Assembly (NCBI GenBank): GCA_965262725.1
Contig: OZ253555.1
Coordinates: forward strand, 2,656,001-2,720,000
Length of the DNA stretch: 64,000 nt
Source of the DNA: Dehalococcoidia bacterium
GTDB taxonomy: Bacteria > Chloroflexota > Dehalococcoidia > UBA2979
Direction of reading: 5' to 3'
In this document: positions 45,569 through 55,326 of the stretch, one piece after another
Position numbering within the stretch: the first letter of the stretch is position 1
Layout of the letters: every line of letters begins with the position of its first letter
Translations under genes and position numbers: made by a program
The notes under the pieces: generated by a model
What the model was told of the DNA's origin: nothing
The model's input: only the letters and a program-made list of their open reading frames with translations
Databases searched by the model: none

Positions 45569-47080
45569 CTACGAGCCCCGGAACGAGAGACGCTCGGCGA
45601 TGAGGCCCCGATCGGGCGGCCAGTAGAAGCCCTCGAGCTCCTCGGTCATCGCCGCGAGGAACCCCGGTTGCGCGAGGTAGGCGTTGGGCGCGTCCTCGGT
45701 GATGAGGCGCTGCGCCTCCCGGACGAGTTCCTCCCGGGCTGCCGGATCGGGCGTGCGCTCCACCTCGGCCGTGATCTCCACCACCCGGTCGTTGGAGTAG
45801 TTGCCGACGTTGATGAGCCCGAGACGGCTCGGCGAGTAGTCGTGCACCAGCCCGTAGTAGGGGTCGGGAACCTGGTGGTGATCCGAGTAGATCAGCATGG
45901 GGTAGGGGCGGAAGTAGCGGGCGCCGGCCCAGTGCGTGGTCGACTCGAGCAGCTCGAGCTCGACGCGGATGCCGACCTCGGCGAGCGCGGCGACGATCAG
46001 GTGCGCGGAGGCGACGTGATCGGCGGCGCCCACGTCGACGAAGAGATCCGTCTCGAAGCCGTGCGGCAGGCCGGCCTCGCGAAGCAGCGCGCGCGCGCGC
46101 CCGGGGTCGTGGTGGTACGGCCAGCCCTCGGCGGTGGCCATCGGTGTCCCCATCGGCAGCGGGGAGCGCCACGGCTCCGCGGTGCTGAGGTAGACGTCGC
46201 GGAGGATCTGATCGTACGGGACGGCGTAGCAGACCGCCTGCCGCACGTCACGGCTGGTGAAGGGCTCCTGGCGGCAGTTCATGGCGAGGAGCACGTGCGC
46301 CCCGGAGGGCGCGTGCGCGACGCGCACGCCCTCGGCGGCTCGGAGCGCCTCGACCTCGCCGGGCCGGATGTCGGGGAGGACGTCGACCTCACCGTCAGCG
46401 AGGAGCCGGCGCCTCTCGCGTGCTCCCGCCACGAAGCGAACCCGGATGCGCTCGATCACGGGCGCCACCGGGGAACCGGGGTTCGCGACGAAGACGGCCT
46501 CGTCCCACGGCATGAGCGACTCCAGGTGGTAGGAGCCGAAGCCGGCCGGTGTCCGCGTCAGCCACTCGGTCGCCCAGGGGTCGGCATCGGTCGCGTGCTC
46601 ACGCGCCGCCACCGAGTCGTGGATCACCGGCGTCATGCGCGTGAGTTGCTGCAAGAGCGTCGGGTTCGGCGCCCTGAGATGGAACTCGACGGTGTGTCTG
46701 TCACGCGCGACCACGTTCGCCGGATCGGTCACGGAGCCGATGATCGCGACCCACTTGCCGACGTCGCGGAGACCGAAGGCACGCTGCCACCCCCAGACCA
46801 CGTCGTCGGCCGTGAACTCGTTGCCGAAGGCAGAGCGGACGCCCCGGCGCAGCCGCACCGTGTACACCGTGCCGCCTTCCGAGGCCTCCCAGCTCTCGGC
46901 GAGCACGCCCTCAAGGTTCGGGACATCTCCCAGCGGATCGCCATCCGCTCGCGGCTTCGGCGGGTAGGAGAGCAGCCGGGCGTAGCAGAGCCGCTGCAGG
47001 AAACCGTTCGCCCCGCGCGCCTCGGCGTCGAAGCCCGTCGCCCCCGGAGAGATCGCCACCCGCAATTCGCGCGCCGTCAT
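45569..47080 (-). CDS. ABC transporter substrate-binding protein family 5 (peptide/nickel type), no signal peptide
   Basis: LAESWE.S..G.VYTVRLRRGV...GNEFTADDV, G.GSY.L, VRQAV.YAV, ARALLREAG, NYSN.RV; ATG 47080 after GGGAG. Confidence 0.88.
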   Translation of the reverse strand: MTARELRVAISPGATGFDAEARGANGFLQRLCYARLLSYPPKPRADGDPLGDVPNLEGVLAESWEASEGGTVYTVRLRRGVRSAFGNEFTADDVVWGWQRAFGLRDVGKWVAIIGSVTDPANVVARDRHTVEFHLRAPNPTLLQQLTRMTPVIHDSVAAREHATDADPWATEWLTRTPAGFGSYHLESLMPWDEAVFVANPGSPVAPVIERIRVRFVAGARERRRLLADGEVDVLPDIRPGEVEALRAAEGVRVAHAPSGAHVLLAMNCRQEPFTSRDVRQAVCYAVPYDQILRDVYLSTAEPWRSPLPMGTPMATAEGWPYHHDPGRARALLREAGLPHGFETDLFVDVGAADHVASAHLIVAALAEVGIRVELELLESTTHWAGARYFRPYPMLIYSDHHQVPDPYYGLVHDYSPSRLGLINVGNYSNDRVVEITAEVERTPDPAAREELVREAQRLITEDAPNAYLAQPGFLAAMTEELEGFYWPPDRGLIAERLSFRGS

Positions 47081-47283
47081 GATGCCGCTCCCCTCTCGGG
47101 CGCCCGCGGCGCCTGCTCCCGCGCCTGCTCTCACACCCCGGCGCGATGCTAGCGGACCCGGCCGATTCTCGCCCGCCACCCGGGCGCCGGCCCCGCGGCC
47201 GCGGCGGTGGTTGACAGGGGGATCGTGCGGCGGCGCAGAATCGGGGAAGCGGCCGGCGAGCGGCCCCGCCGAAGGAGACGACG

Positions 47284-48156
47284 ATGAGCACGCAGCTAGC
47301 GACCATCCCCGCCACGCACAAGATCCCGAAGGTTGGCACGCCCCACAGCGCCGGCTGGAACGATTTCCAGCTGGGGCCCTTCCCTCGCCCGTTTGAGCTC
47401 ACCGTCACGGCCGACGACATCGATCGCTGGTGCCGCCTCTACGAGGATGACCCCGAGCTCTACGTCGAGCGCGCCCCCCACTACATCCTCTACTACGCCG
47501 GGCAGAGCATCGTGGCGCCCTTCCGCGACATATCGGCGGGCTTCGCGCGATTCCGCGCCGAGTTTGCCGCGCCGGTTCCGCGCGAGCGTCCGCTCACGAT
47601 CTCCGGCGAGGTGCTCTCGAAGTACCGCCGGCGCGGGCGCGGCTACATCGAGTGGCAGATCGAGGCGCGCGCTGGCGGCGAGCTCGTCCACCGCAACGCG
47701 CGCACCTGGTACTTCGAGGCCCCGGAGGAGCAGCTCGAGGGGCTGGAGGAGCGGAGCCGCGACATTCCGCCGCCCGCCCCGGAGTCGGCCGAGCCCTTCG
47801 GACCGCTCTCTCTGCACCTGGCGCAGGAGCGCATGAACTACTTCGAGGGGCCCGGTGAGCACAACGGCCACACCGACGTCGCCGCCGCGCGCGAGCGCGG
47901 CCAGCCGGGCCCCGTGGCGCAGGGCGCCTTCGCGATGGGGCTGATCGCGCGCATGATGCGCGACCGCTTCGGCGAGGGCTTCGTCTCGGGCGGCGAGCTC
48001 GACATCCACTTCACGCGCACGGTCTGGTCGAACGAGCACATCGAGGTCCACGGCGCGATCCTCGACCGCTCGGACGGACGGGCGCACTGCCGCGTCTGGG
48101 CAGAGAAGGAGGGCGGCGAGGAGGTCGTGGCCGGCACCGCCAGCGCGCGGATCTAG
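47284..48156 (+). CDS. Double hot-dog (MaoC-like) fold protein
   Basis: KYRRRGRGY, FEGPGEHNGHTD..AA..G..GPVAQG, LDIHFTRTVW, VWAEKE.GE.VVAGTAS. Confidence 0.78.
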   Translation: MSTQLATIPATHKIPKVGTPHSAGWNDFQLGPFPRPFELTVTADDIDRWCRLYEDDPELYVERAPHYILYYAGQSIVAPFRDISAGFARFRAEFAAPVPRERPLTISGEVLSKYRRRGRGYIEWQIEARAGGELVHRNARTWYFEAPEEQLEGLEERSRDIPPPAPESAEPFGPLSLHLAQERMNYFEGPGEHNGHTDVAAARERGQPGPVAQGAFAMGLIARMMRDRFGEGFVSGGELDIHFTRTVWSNEHIEVHGAILDRSDGRAHCRVWAEKEGGEEVVAGTASARI

Positions 48157-48306
48157 ACCCGGGGCACCCGTGCCAGGCCGCATCGGGCCACAGTCCTCCG
48201 GCGGGCCGCTCCGGATGCGACGGCGCGCCGTCCTCGTGTAGGCTCCGGCCGGCGGGACGGGCGCCGGCACGGTCCCGCCGCCGAGACAAGCGACGAGGAG
48301 CCGCCG

Positions 48307-49410
48307 ATGCGCTTCGGGACCTTCCATTTGCCGCTCTCACCGACCCCCGCGGACGACCGCCGGGTCGTCGAGGAGCAGATGCAGCAAATCGAGGCCGCCG
48401 AGGCGCTCGGCTTCGACTACGCGTGGCTCACCGAGCACAACTTCACGGGCGAGAGCGGTTACGCCGACCCGATCGTCTTCGGGGCCGCGCTCTCGCAGCG
48501 GACGAGTCGGATCCGCGTCGGCTTCGCGGTGGTACAGATGGCGCTCCACCACCCGACGCGGCTCCTGATCCAGACCAGCCTCCTCGACAACCTGCTCGAC
48601 GGCCGGCTCACCATCGGCATCGGCCGCGGCTCCGCCTTCAACGAGTACGAGTACGTCGCCTTCGGGGCGCGCTCCGAGGGGCAGCGCGAGCGCATGTTCG
48701 AGGCCATCGAGCTGATGGAGCGCGCCTGGGCCGGCGACAACACGCCCTACGAGGGCGAGCACTTCCAGCTCCGGATCCCCGGGGTCCGGCCCACGCCGGT
48801 CCAGAAGCCGCACCCGCCGCTCATGCTCTCCGTGCTCTCGGACGACACGGTTGCGTGGGCGGCCGCGCGCGGCTACCCGATCATGATGCCGCGCCTCGAC
48901 CTCGCCCGCGCCACGGAGCGCCTCGCCTTCTACCGGCGGGCGATGGAGGAGGCGTCGATCGCGCCCGAGCGCATCGGGCGCGCGCTCGACGCCTGCACGC
49001 TGCAGCGAAGCGTCTACGTCGCCGCCACCGACGAGCAGGCCCACGAGGAGGTCCAGGAGGCGACGTTCCGCCTGCACCGCCACCTGCAGCACTCGCGCCA
49101 GACGTTCAACCCCGCGGACGTCGACAACCGGGCGCGCGCGGCGCAGAACGCCTCCCAGAAGTGGAGCTCTCCCGACTCCACGCCGGAGGAGGCGGTCGCC
49201 GATCTCATCTCCCGCGGCTTCATCCTCGGCTCCCCGGAGACGGTGCGGGGCAAGCTGCGCGAGATCCGCGACGCCGGCGTGCGCGGGATGATGCTGTCGT
49301 TCACCTGGGGCGACCTCCGACACGAGATGGTGTTGCGCTCGATGGAGCGCTTCGGCCGCGAGGTGATGCCGGAGTTCACGGCCGAGATCGCGGGCGTGGG
49401 CTCCGCCTGA
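48307..49410 (+). CDS. LLM class flavin-dependent oxidoreductase
   Basis: MRFGTF, AEALGFDYAWLTEHNF, HHPTRL, LTIGIGRG, PTPVQKPHPP, GSPETV, RFGREVMP. Confidence 0.95.
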   Translation: MRFGTFHLPLSPTPADDRRVVEEQMQQIEAAEALGFDYAWLTEHNFTGESGYADPIVFGAALSQRTSRIRVGFAVVQMALHHPTRLLIQTSLLDNLLDGRLTIGIGRGSAFNEYEYVAFGARSEGQRERMFEAIELMERAWAGDNTPYEGEHFQLRIPGVRPTPVQKPHPPLMLSVLSDDTVAWAAARGYPIMMPRLDLARATERLAFYRRAMEEASIAPERIGRALDACTLQRSVYVAATDEQAHEEVQEATFRLHRHLQHSRQTFNPADVDNRARAAQNASQKWSSPDSTPEEAVADLISRGFILGSPETVRGKLREIRDAGVRGMMLSFTWGDLRHEMVLRSMERFGREVMPEFTAEIAGVGSA

Positions 49411-49500
49411 GCAGAGGCCGCCCGCGGCGGCCTCCGAGCGGGGCGTCCTCCCGCGGCCGCACGGCGCGGGCGCCGACGCCCGCTCACCGAGGATGCAGCT

Positions 49501-50286
49501 GTGCCGCACCGTGAAAACGGACCCGACATCGCCGAGAGCGTCGACGCCGCCCTGGACGGCGTCTCCGACGGCGCGTCGATCCTGGTGCCGGGCTTCGGTC
49601 CGGGCACGCCCTGGAACCTCCTCCGGGCGCTCCACCGTCGCGGCACGCGCGACCTCACCATCATCGCCAACTCGGTCGGCTACCAGAGCCCGCGCCCCGA
49701 CGTCAAGACAATCGGCGACCTCGTCGCCGACGGCCGCGTCTCGCGCCTCGTCGTCTCCTTCTCCGCCTCCACGCGCCCGTCGATACCCGGTCCGGCCGAG
49801 CAGGCGATACGCGACGGGAGCGTGCGCTGTGAGCTCGTGCCGCAGGGGACGCTGGCGGAGCGCATCCGCGCGGGCGGGGCAGGGATACCCGCCTTCTACA
49901 CTCCGGCGGCGGTCGGCACCGCGCTCGCCGAGGGCCGCGAGACGCGCGCCTTCGGGGGGCGCGAGTACCTGCTGGAGATGGCGCTTGTCGCCGACGTGAC
50001 GCTCGTGCGCGCGCGGCGCGCCGACCGCGCCGGCAACCTCGTCTACCGGCGCGCTGCGCGCAACTTCAACCCGCTCATGGCGACGGCCGCCACGCTCGTC
50101 GTCGCAGAGGTCGAGCAACCGGTCGAGGCACGCGGCGCCATCGACCCCGACCACGTGCACACGCCCGGCCTCTACGTCGACCGGCTGGCGCCGATCCCTC
50201 CCGAGCCGGATGGGCTCTTCGACGTCGACTGGCTCGCGTTGCGGCCTGCGTCGGCGGTCGAGCGTGCCCGGGGGGCCGGAGCGTGA
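49501..50286 (+). CDS. 3-oxoacid CoA-transferase subunit A (family I)
   Basis: VPQGTLAERIRAGGAGIPAFYT, GNL.YR..ARNFNP.MA, VHTPG.YV. Confidence 0.93.
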   Translation: MPHRENGPDIAESVDAALDGVSDGASILVPGFGPGTPWNLLRALHRRGTRDLTIIANSVGYQSPRPDVKTIGDLVADGRVSRLVVSFSASTRPSIPGPAEQAIRDGSVRCELVPQGTLAERIRAGGAGIPAFYTPAAVGTALAEGRETRAFGGREYLLEMALVADVTLVRARRADRAGNLVYRRAARNFNPLMATAATLVVAEVEQPVEARGAIDPDHVHTPGLYVDRLAPIPPEPDGLFDVDWLALRPASAVERARGAGA

Positions 50287-50978
50287 GTGGCAGGGCGGGG
50301 AGCGCTTCCGTTGCGGGCCGCCTCTCGCGCGAGCAGATGGCGGCGGTGATCGCCGGGCGGCTCGAGGCCGGCTGGGTCGTGAATCTCGGCATCGGCATAC
50401 CGACGCTCGCATCAAGCTTCCTCGACCACCGGGACGGGATCCTTCTCACCTCGGAGAACGGCGTCGTCGGCTACGGCGCCCTCGCGACCGGTGACGACGC
50501 CGACCCGGACGTCGTGAACGCGGGCGTCCAGCCCGTCACCCTCGAGCCCGGTGCCGCGATCCTCGACCACGCGGCCTCCTTCGCGCTCATCCGCGGGGGC
50601 CGACTCGACTGCGCGGTGCTCGGCGCCTACGAGGTCGCCGCCGACGGCTCGTTCTCCAACTGGAGCGTGAGCGGCGAGGCCGGGCTCGGCGGCATCGGCG
50701 GCGCGATGGATCTCGCCGCCGGTGCCGGACGGCTCTGGGTAGTGATGGAGCACACCACGCACGCCGGTGGCCCCCGACTGGTCGGGCGCTGCTCCCTTCC
50801 CGTCACGGCGGGCCCCGGTCACGTCTCTCTCGTAGTCACCGATCTGGCAGTGATCGAGATCGGCGCCTCGGGCTTCGTGCTGCGCGAGCACGCGCCCGGA
50901 GTCGACCCGGAGCGCATCCGCGCCCTCACCGGCGCCCCGCTCGCCCTGCACGCCGATCTCGTGCCGATGTCGCTCTAG
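50283..50978 (+). CDS. 3-oxoacid CoA-transferase subunit B (family I)
   Basis: VNLGIGIPT, SENG (catalytic Glu), SFALIRGG, GGAMDL, TDLAV. Confidence 0.93.
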   Translation: MSGRAGSASVAGRLSREQMAAVIAGRLEAGWVVNLGIGIPTLASSFLDHRDGILLTSENGVVGYGALATGDDADPDVVNAGVQPVTLEPGAAILDHAASFALIRGGRLDCAVLGAYEVAADGSFSNWSVSGEAGLGGIGGAMDLAAGAGRLWVVMEHTTHAGGPRLVGRCSLPVTAGPGHVSLVVTDLAVIEIGASGFVLREHAPGVDPERIRALTGAPLALHADLVPMSL

Positions 50979-51084
50979 TGGCACGTTCCTGAGATCCGCG
51001 TCCGCTCTCCCGCCGCTCCCGAATTCCGTGGAGCGGGCGCGGTATATAGTGCGGCGGTCGCGTGAGGGCGAAGGGGGAACGGCC

Positions 51085-52101
51085 ATGGTCGAGAAGATCG
51101 GGATCGCACCGCTGGAGGTGAGCGCGACCGAGGCGATCGGCCTCGTGCGGCAGGCGGAGGCGAAGGGCTTCGAGAGCGCGTGGACCTCGGGGAGCCACGG
51201 CTATCTGCGCATCGCAGCCTTTGCGCAGCACACCGAGCGCATCACCCTGGGCACGGCCGTGGTCGTGCAGCCCCTGATCAACCCGGTCGCGCACGCCGAC
51301 ATGATCACCGACCTCGGCGAGCTCACCGGCGGGCGCGCCATCGCCGGCATCGGCTCCGGAGTCAGGCCCCAGCTCAACCGCTTCTATGGCATCCTCGGGG
51401 ATCAGGCCGAGCACCCCGCGCCGCGCATCCGCGAGTTCCTCGAGCTCCTCCGGGAGCTGACGACCAACGAGGGGCGCATCCAGTGGGAGCGGCGCTTCTT
51501 CCGGCTGCAGGGTGCGCGCGGATACCGACAGGCGAACCCGGTCCCGGTCTACCTCGCCGCGGTCAACAAGCTCTCCCTGCGCGTCGCCGGCGATCTGGCG
51601 GACGGCCTGATCGGCCACCCCATCAACAGCGTGCAGTACCTCCAGCAGACGATCATCCCCACGATCGGCGAGCGACTCGAGGCGGGCGGACGGCCGCGCG
51701 AGAGCTTCTCTTTCACCTCCGACGTCGTGACTTCCATCAACGGGGATCGCGCCATCGCCCGCCGCGACGCGGCAATCACACTCGGCTTCTACCTCTCGCC
51801 GCGGGCCTTCGACTGCATCTTCGACGCCGGCGATTGGGAAGAGGAGAAGCGGCAGGTGCGGGACGCCTTCCGCAGCGGCGAGATGGAGAACGTCGCCGAC
51901 GCGGTGACCGACCGCATGCTCGAGTCGTGCTGCCTCGTCGGCACGCCGGCCGACGTGCGCGATCAGGCGGGGCGCTACGACGGGCTGCTCGACCGTCTCA
52001 TCTTCTACGCGCCGCGGCACGCCGTCCCGCTCGAGCGGCACATGCAGAACTACCAGAGCATCCTCGAGACATTCGCCCGGCCGGCCTCGGCTAAGAGCTA
52101 G
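51085..52101 (+). CDS. LLM class (probably F420-dependent) oxidoreductase
   Basis: Start ATG 51085; AEAKGFESAW, TERITLGTAV, GIGSG, PVYLAA, VAGDLADG..GHP, GTP. Confidence 0.88.
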   Translation: MVEKIGIAPLEVSATEAIGLVRQAEAKGFESAWTSGSHGYLRIAAFAQHTERITLGTAVVVQPLINPVAHADMITDLGELTGGRAIAGIGSGVRPQLNRFYGILGDQAEHPAPRIREFLELLRELTTNEGRIQWERRFFRLQGARGYRQANPVPVYLAAVNKLSLRVAGDLADGLIGHPINSVQYLQQTIIPTIGERLEAGGRPRESFSFTSDVVTSINGDRAIARRDAAITLGFYLSPRAFDCIFDAGDWEEEKRQVRDAFRSGEMENVADAVTDRMLESCCLVGTPADVRDQAGRYDGLLDRLIFYAPRHAVPLERHMQNYQSILETFARPASAKS

Positions 52102-52138
52102 GTCGACCGGGTCGCGGATCCAGAGCAGGGGGAGAGCC

Positions 52139-53614
52139 GTGACCGAAGAGCCCGGCGGCGAGCCGACCCGCGCCGACATCGTCTTCCGCAACGCCTATGT
52201 CGTCACGCTTGATGACGAGCACCGCGTGTACCGTGACGGATACGTCGCCGTCTCAGGCCGCGACATCGTCGCCGTCGGGCCCGACCGGAACTGCACCGTC
52301 GAGGCGGAGCGGGTAGTCGACGCGCGGGGCAAGGCCGTGCTCCCCGGGCTCGTCAACGCCCACAACCACCTCGACCAGGTGCTCATGCGCGCCCGCCTTG
52401 ACGACCGCCCCCAGCCAGGAGCCGGAATGGGCGGGCTGATGGGGACCATGCACGACCTCTGGTCACACGCCGGCGAGGAGATCGCGTACAAGATCGTGCG
52501 GCTACACATGCTCGATATGCTCCGCGCCGGCACGACGGCCGTTCACGAGCAGCACTTCACGAACGTCCCCCGCGACAACATGGACGGCGTGCTGCGCGCC
52601 ATCGACGAGTCCGGTATGCGCGGCTTCGCCTCCCGCGTCCACCTCTCCGCCGAGATGATCCCGCCGGGCGCGCGTGAGAGCGTCGATTCCGTGCTCGCCG
52701 AGACCGAGCGCCTCGGGAAGCGCTGGAACAGCGACCGCATCACCGTCACCGCGAGCCCGATCAACGGCACCTGGGTCGCGACCGACGAGGAGCTGGTCGC
52801 CCTGCGCGAGGGCGTGCGGGAGCTCGGAGTCCCGTTCGACCTAGACCTCTCCGGCGCCGAGTGGCGCCGGACGCTCGCGGCCCGCGGCTACTCGAAGGGC
52901 GGCGCCGTCAAGCACGCCGCTGAGATCGGCATCCTCGACGACCAGGTCTCCGGCGGGAAGTCGTTCAACCTGGAGCCCGACGAGTACGCGATCTGGGCCG
53001 AGCATGGCGTCACCGCCTGCCTCGTCCCCCCGCGCACCCGCGACGAGATGGGGCCCGGGCTCCACCACTTCCTCGCGGTGGGCGTCGTCCCGGCCATGGG
53101 GAACGACGGGCCGATGGGAGGACCGAAGTCCTCCGTCTGGCAGGTCATGCGGCGGCTCCTCACCTCCGTGGCCGTGCGCAAGGAGTACGAGGAGCGGGGC
53201 GGCGACACCACAGACCACGAGCAGGAGATCACCACCGAGCTCCTGCTCGAGATGGCGACCCGCGCCGGCCAGCGCCACCTCTTCCTCGACCCCCGCGTCC
53301 GGGGCGTCGAGGAGGGCGCCGCGGCCGACCTCGTCGTCGTCGACATCAGCGGCCCCGAGTTCGCGCCCCCGATGGACGGGCGGCGCACGCTCAGCTACCT
53401 GGTACACAGCACCGACTCATCGCACGTCGAGATGGTGCTCGTGAACGGGCGCGTCCTGGTCGACGGCGGTGGCGCGACCGTCTGGGACGAGGAGCAGGTG
53501 ATCCGCGAGGCGGAGGAGGCGGCGATGGAACTCTTCCGCCGCGCCGGCTACCTCGAGACGCTCCCGGCGCGCGGCGCCGGCGAGTCCTCCCGCGGCTGGA
53601 CCTACGTCGACTAG
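52139..53614 (+). CDS. Amidohydrolase (AtzA/MtaD-like) with atypical metal ligands
   Basis: NAYVVT.D, LPGLVNAHNH.DQ, AGTT, MGNDG, EMATRAG, ADLVVV, VLVNG. Confidence 0.88.
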   Translation: MTEEPGGEPTRADIVFRNAYVVTLDDEHRVYRDGYVAVSGRDIVAVGPDRNCTVEAERVVDARGKAVLPGLVNAHNHLDQVLMRARLDDRPQPGAGMGGLMGTMHDLWSHAGEEIAYKIVRLHMLDMLRAGTTAVHEQHFTNVPRDNMDGVLRAIDESGMRGFASRVHLSAEMIPPGARESVDSVLAETERLGKRWNSDRITVTASPINGTWVATDEELVALREGVRELGVPFDLDLSGAEWRRTLAARGYSKGGAVKHAAEIGILDDQVSGGKSFNLEPDEYAIWAEHGVTACLVPPRTRDEMGPGLHHFLAVGVVPAMGNDGPMGGPKSSVWQVMRRLLTSVAVRKEYEERGGDTTDHEQEITTELLLEMATRAGQRHLFLDPRVRGVEEGAAADLVVVDISGPEFAPPMDGRRTLSYLVHSTDSSHVEMVLVNGRVLVDGGGATVWDEEQVIREAEEAAMELFRRAGYLETLPARGAGESSRGWTYVD

Positions 53615-53649
53615 CCGCGGGACCCGCGGCCGCCGGGGCGGCCGCCCCG
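53614..53649. terminator. Two GC-rich inverted repeats between convergent genes (possible terminator)
   Basis: GCCGCGGG-A-CCCGCGGC and CGGGGCGG|CCGCCCCG; no U-tract. Confidence 0.35.
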
Positions 53650-53653
53650 CACC

Positions 53654-54622
53654 CTACGCGCCGGGCGGTGGAGCGATCGCGGCTCCCGCGAGCGCCTCGA
53701 AGTGGCGCACGATCTGCATGTAGTCGGCGCCCGCGGGGAGGGCCTCGCGCGCGCCCGCGAGCAGCTCGCGCGTCGCACCAGCGAGCGGGGCCGGCGTCTC
53801 CGTCTCGCGCGCCAGGTCGACCGCGCAGGCGACGTCCTTCAGCATCAGGTCGAGTGCAAAGCCGGCATCCAGATCACCCGAGAAGACGAAGCGCGGGAAC
53901 TTCTCCTCGGTCGACGAGCTGCGGCCGGTCGAGTGGTTCACCGCCTCGATCACGAGCCTGGGCTCCAGGCCGAACCGCCTCGCCACCAGCGCCGCCTCGG
54001 TGGCTGCGATCATCGCGCAGGCCGATAGGAAGTTGTTGAGCGCCTTCGTGGCATGCCCGGATCCGAGGGCGCCCGTCCGCACGACCGTCCTTCCCACCGC
54101 CCCGAACACGGGCTCGCAGCGATCAACGGCCTCCGGCTCGCCGCCCGCCATGATCGCGAGCGAGCCGGCCTCCGCCCCGCGCACGCCCCCCGACACCGGC
54201 GCATCCACCATCGCCACGCCGAGCGAGGCGACCGCGGCGCCGAGCGTCCGCGTCCCCGACGGGTGCGATGAGCTCATGTCGATGAGGAGGGCACCCCGAG
54301 CCCCCTGCTCCGCCCGATCCGCCCAGCCCGCCGCGAACGAGTCCGCTCCCTCCTCGCCGCCCAGGGCCACCGCATGCACAGCTGCCCCGTCGGGGAGCAT
54401 CGTGATGACGGCGTCGGCCCACGCGGCGAGCGAGGCGAGCGATGCGGCCGCCTCCGCCGGGGGGGAGCGGCGCACGACGGCCCGCGTCACGTCCTCGCGG
54501 GCGTCGTAGACCCTAACGTCGAGGCCCGCCGCGACCAGGTGTCCGGCCATCGGCGCGCCCATGCGGCCGACGCCCACCACCCCCACGCGCCGAAGGGCCG
54601 CGGAGGACCGTGGGGCGCTCAC
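53654..54622 (-). CDS. 3-hydroxyisobutyrate dehydrogenase family NAD(P)-dependent oxidoreductase
   Basis: GVGRMG.PMA, IDMSSS, DAPVSGG, IMAGG, G.GHATKALNN, GFALDLMLKD. Confidence 0.93.
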   Translation of the reverse strand: MSAPRSSAALRRVGVVGVGRMGAPMAGHLVAAGLDVRVYDAREDVTRAVVRRSPPAEAAASLASLAAWADAVITMLPDGAAVHAVALGGEEGADSFAAGWADRAEQGARGALLIDMSSSHPSGTRTLGAAVASLGVAMVDAPVSGGVRGAEAGSLAIMAGGEPEAVDRCEPVFGAVGRTVVRTGALGSGHATKALNNFLSACAMIAATEAALVARRFGLEPRLVIEAVNHSTGRSSSTEEKFPRFVFSGDLDAGFALDLMLKDVACAVDLARETETPAPLAGATRELLAGAREALPAGADYMQIVRHFEALAGAAIAPPPGA

Positions 54623-55092
54623 GATCCCGCCTCCTGGACCGCATCCCCGCTGTCGCCGGCGTCCCCGATCTCCTCCAGCACCTCGCGCGCCACGCGGAAG
54701 GCGTCGACGCCGGCGGGCACGCCCGCGTAGATCGTCGCCTGCAGCAGCACCTCCTGGATCTCCTCGCGGCTGCAGCCGTTCGCGACGGCACCGCGCGTGT
54801 GCAGGCGCAGCTCGTGCGGACGGTTGAGCGCGGTCAGCATCGCGAGGTTGAGCAGGCTACGCGTTCGGCGCGAGAGCACCGGGCGGGTCCACACCTCGCC
54901 CCAGCAGTATTCCGTCACCAGCTCCTGAAGCGGCGCTGTAAAGGCATCGGCCCCGGCGATCGAGGCCTCGACGTATTCCGCACCGAGCACCGCGCGACGC
55001 ACCTCCAGTCCGCGCGCGAAGCGCGCGCGGCCGCCGCCCAGGACCTCTCCCGCTCCGGCTCCGGCGGCCCCCTCGCTCCCGCTGCTCGCCAC
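54619..55092 (-). CDS. Carboxymuconolactone decarboxylase family protein
   Basis: GLEVRRAVLG.EYV, LQELVTEYCWG.VW.RP.L, ELRLH.RGA..NG, QATIYAGVPAG; GTG after GGAGG. Confidence 0.92.
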   Translation of the reverse strand: MASSGSEGAAGAGAGEVLGGGRARFARGLEVRRAVLGAEYVEASIAGADAFTAPLQELVTEYCWGEVWTRPVLSRRTRSLLNLAMLTALNRPHELRLHTRGAVANGCSREEIQEVLLQATIYAGVPAGVDAFRVAREVLEEIGDAGDSGDAVQEAGS

Positions 55093-55326
55093 CACGTCCT
55101 CCCTTCCCGCGGCCAGGCGCCAGGGGGCACCCGCCGGCGGCCATTCTGCGGTCGGCGCGCCCGCGGAGCGAGCCGCTCCGCGTGGCGTCCGCGCACGGCG
55201 ATCCCGTATCGTGTGCGCCCCGACGGGGCCACCCCGCTTTGCGACGGCCACCGCACGCACGGGACGCGCACCACGGTGCCGGGCGCCGCGAGGTGCTCGC
55301 GCTCAAGAGCCCGCGAAAGGAGCCCG

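Noticed and set aside
43420-50415. Long antisense ORFs (727, 669 and 692 aa) suggesting overlapping genes
   Set aside because: Arg/Gly/Ala-rich shadows of well-supported genes, expected at high GC3; the same applies to most short ORFs in the track.
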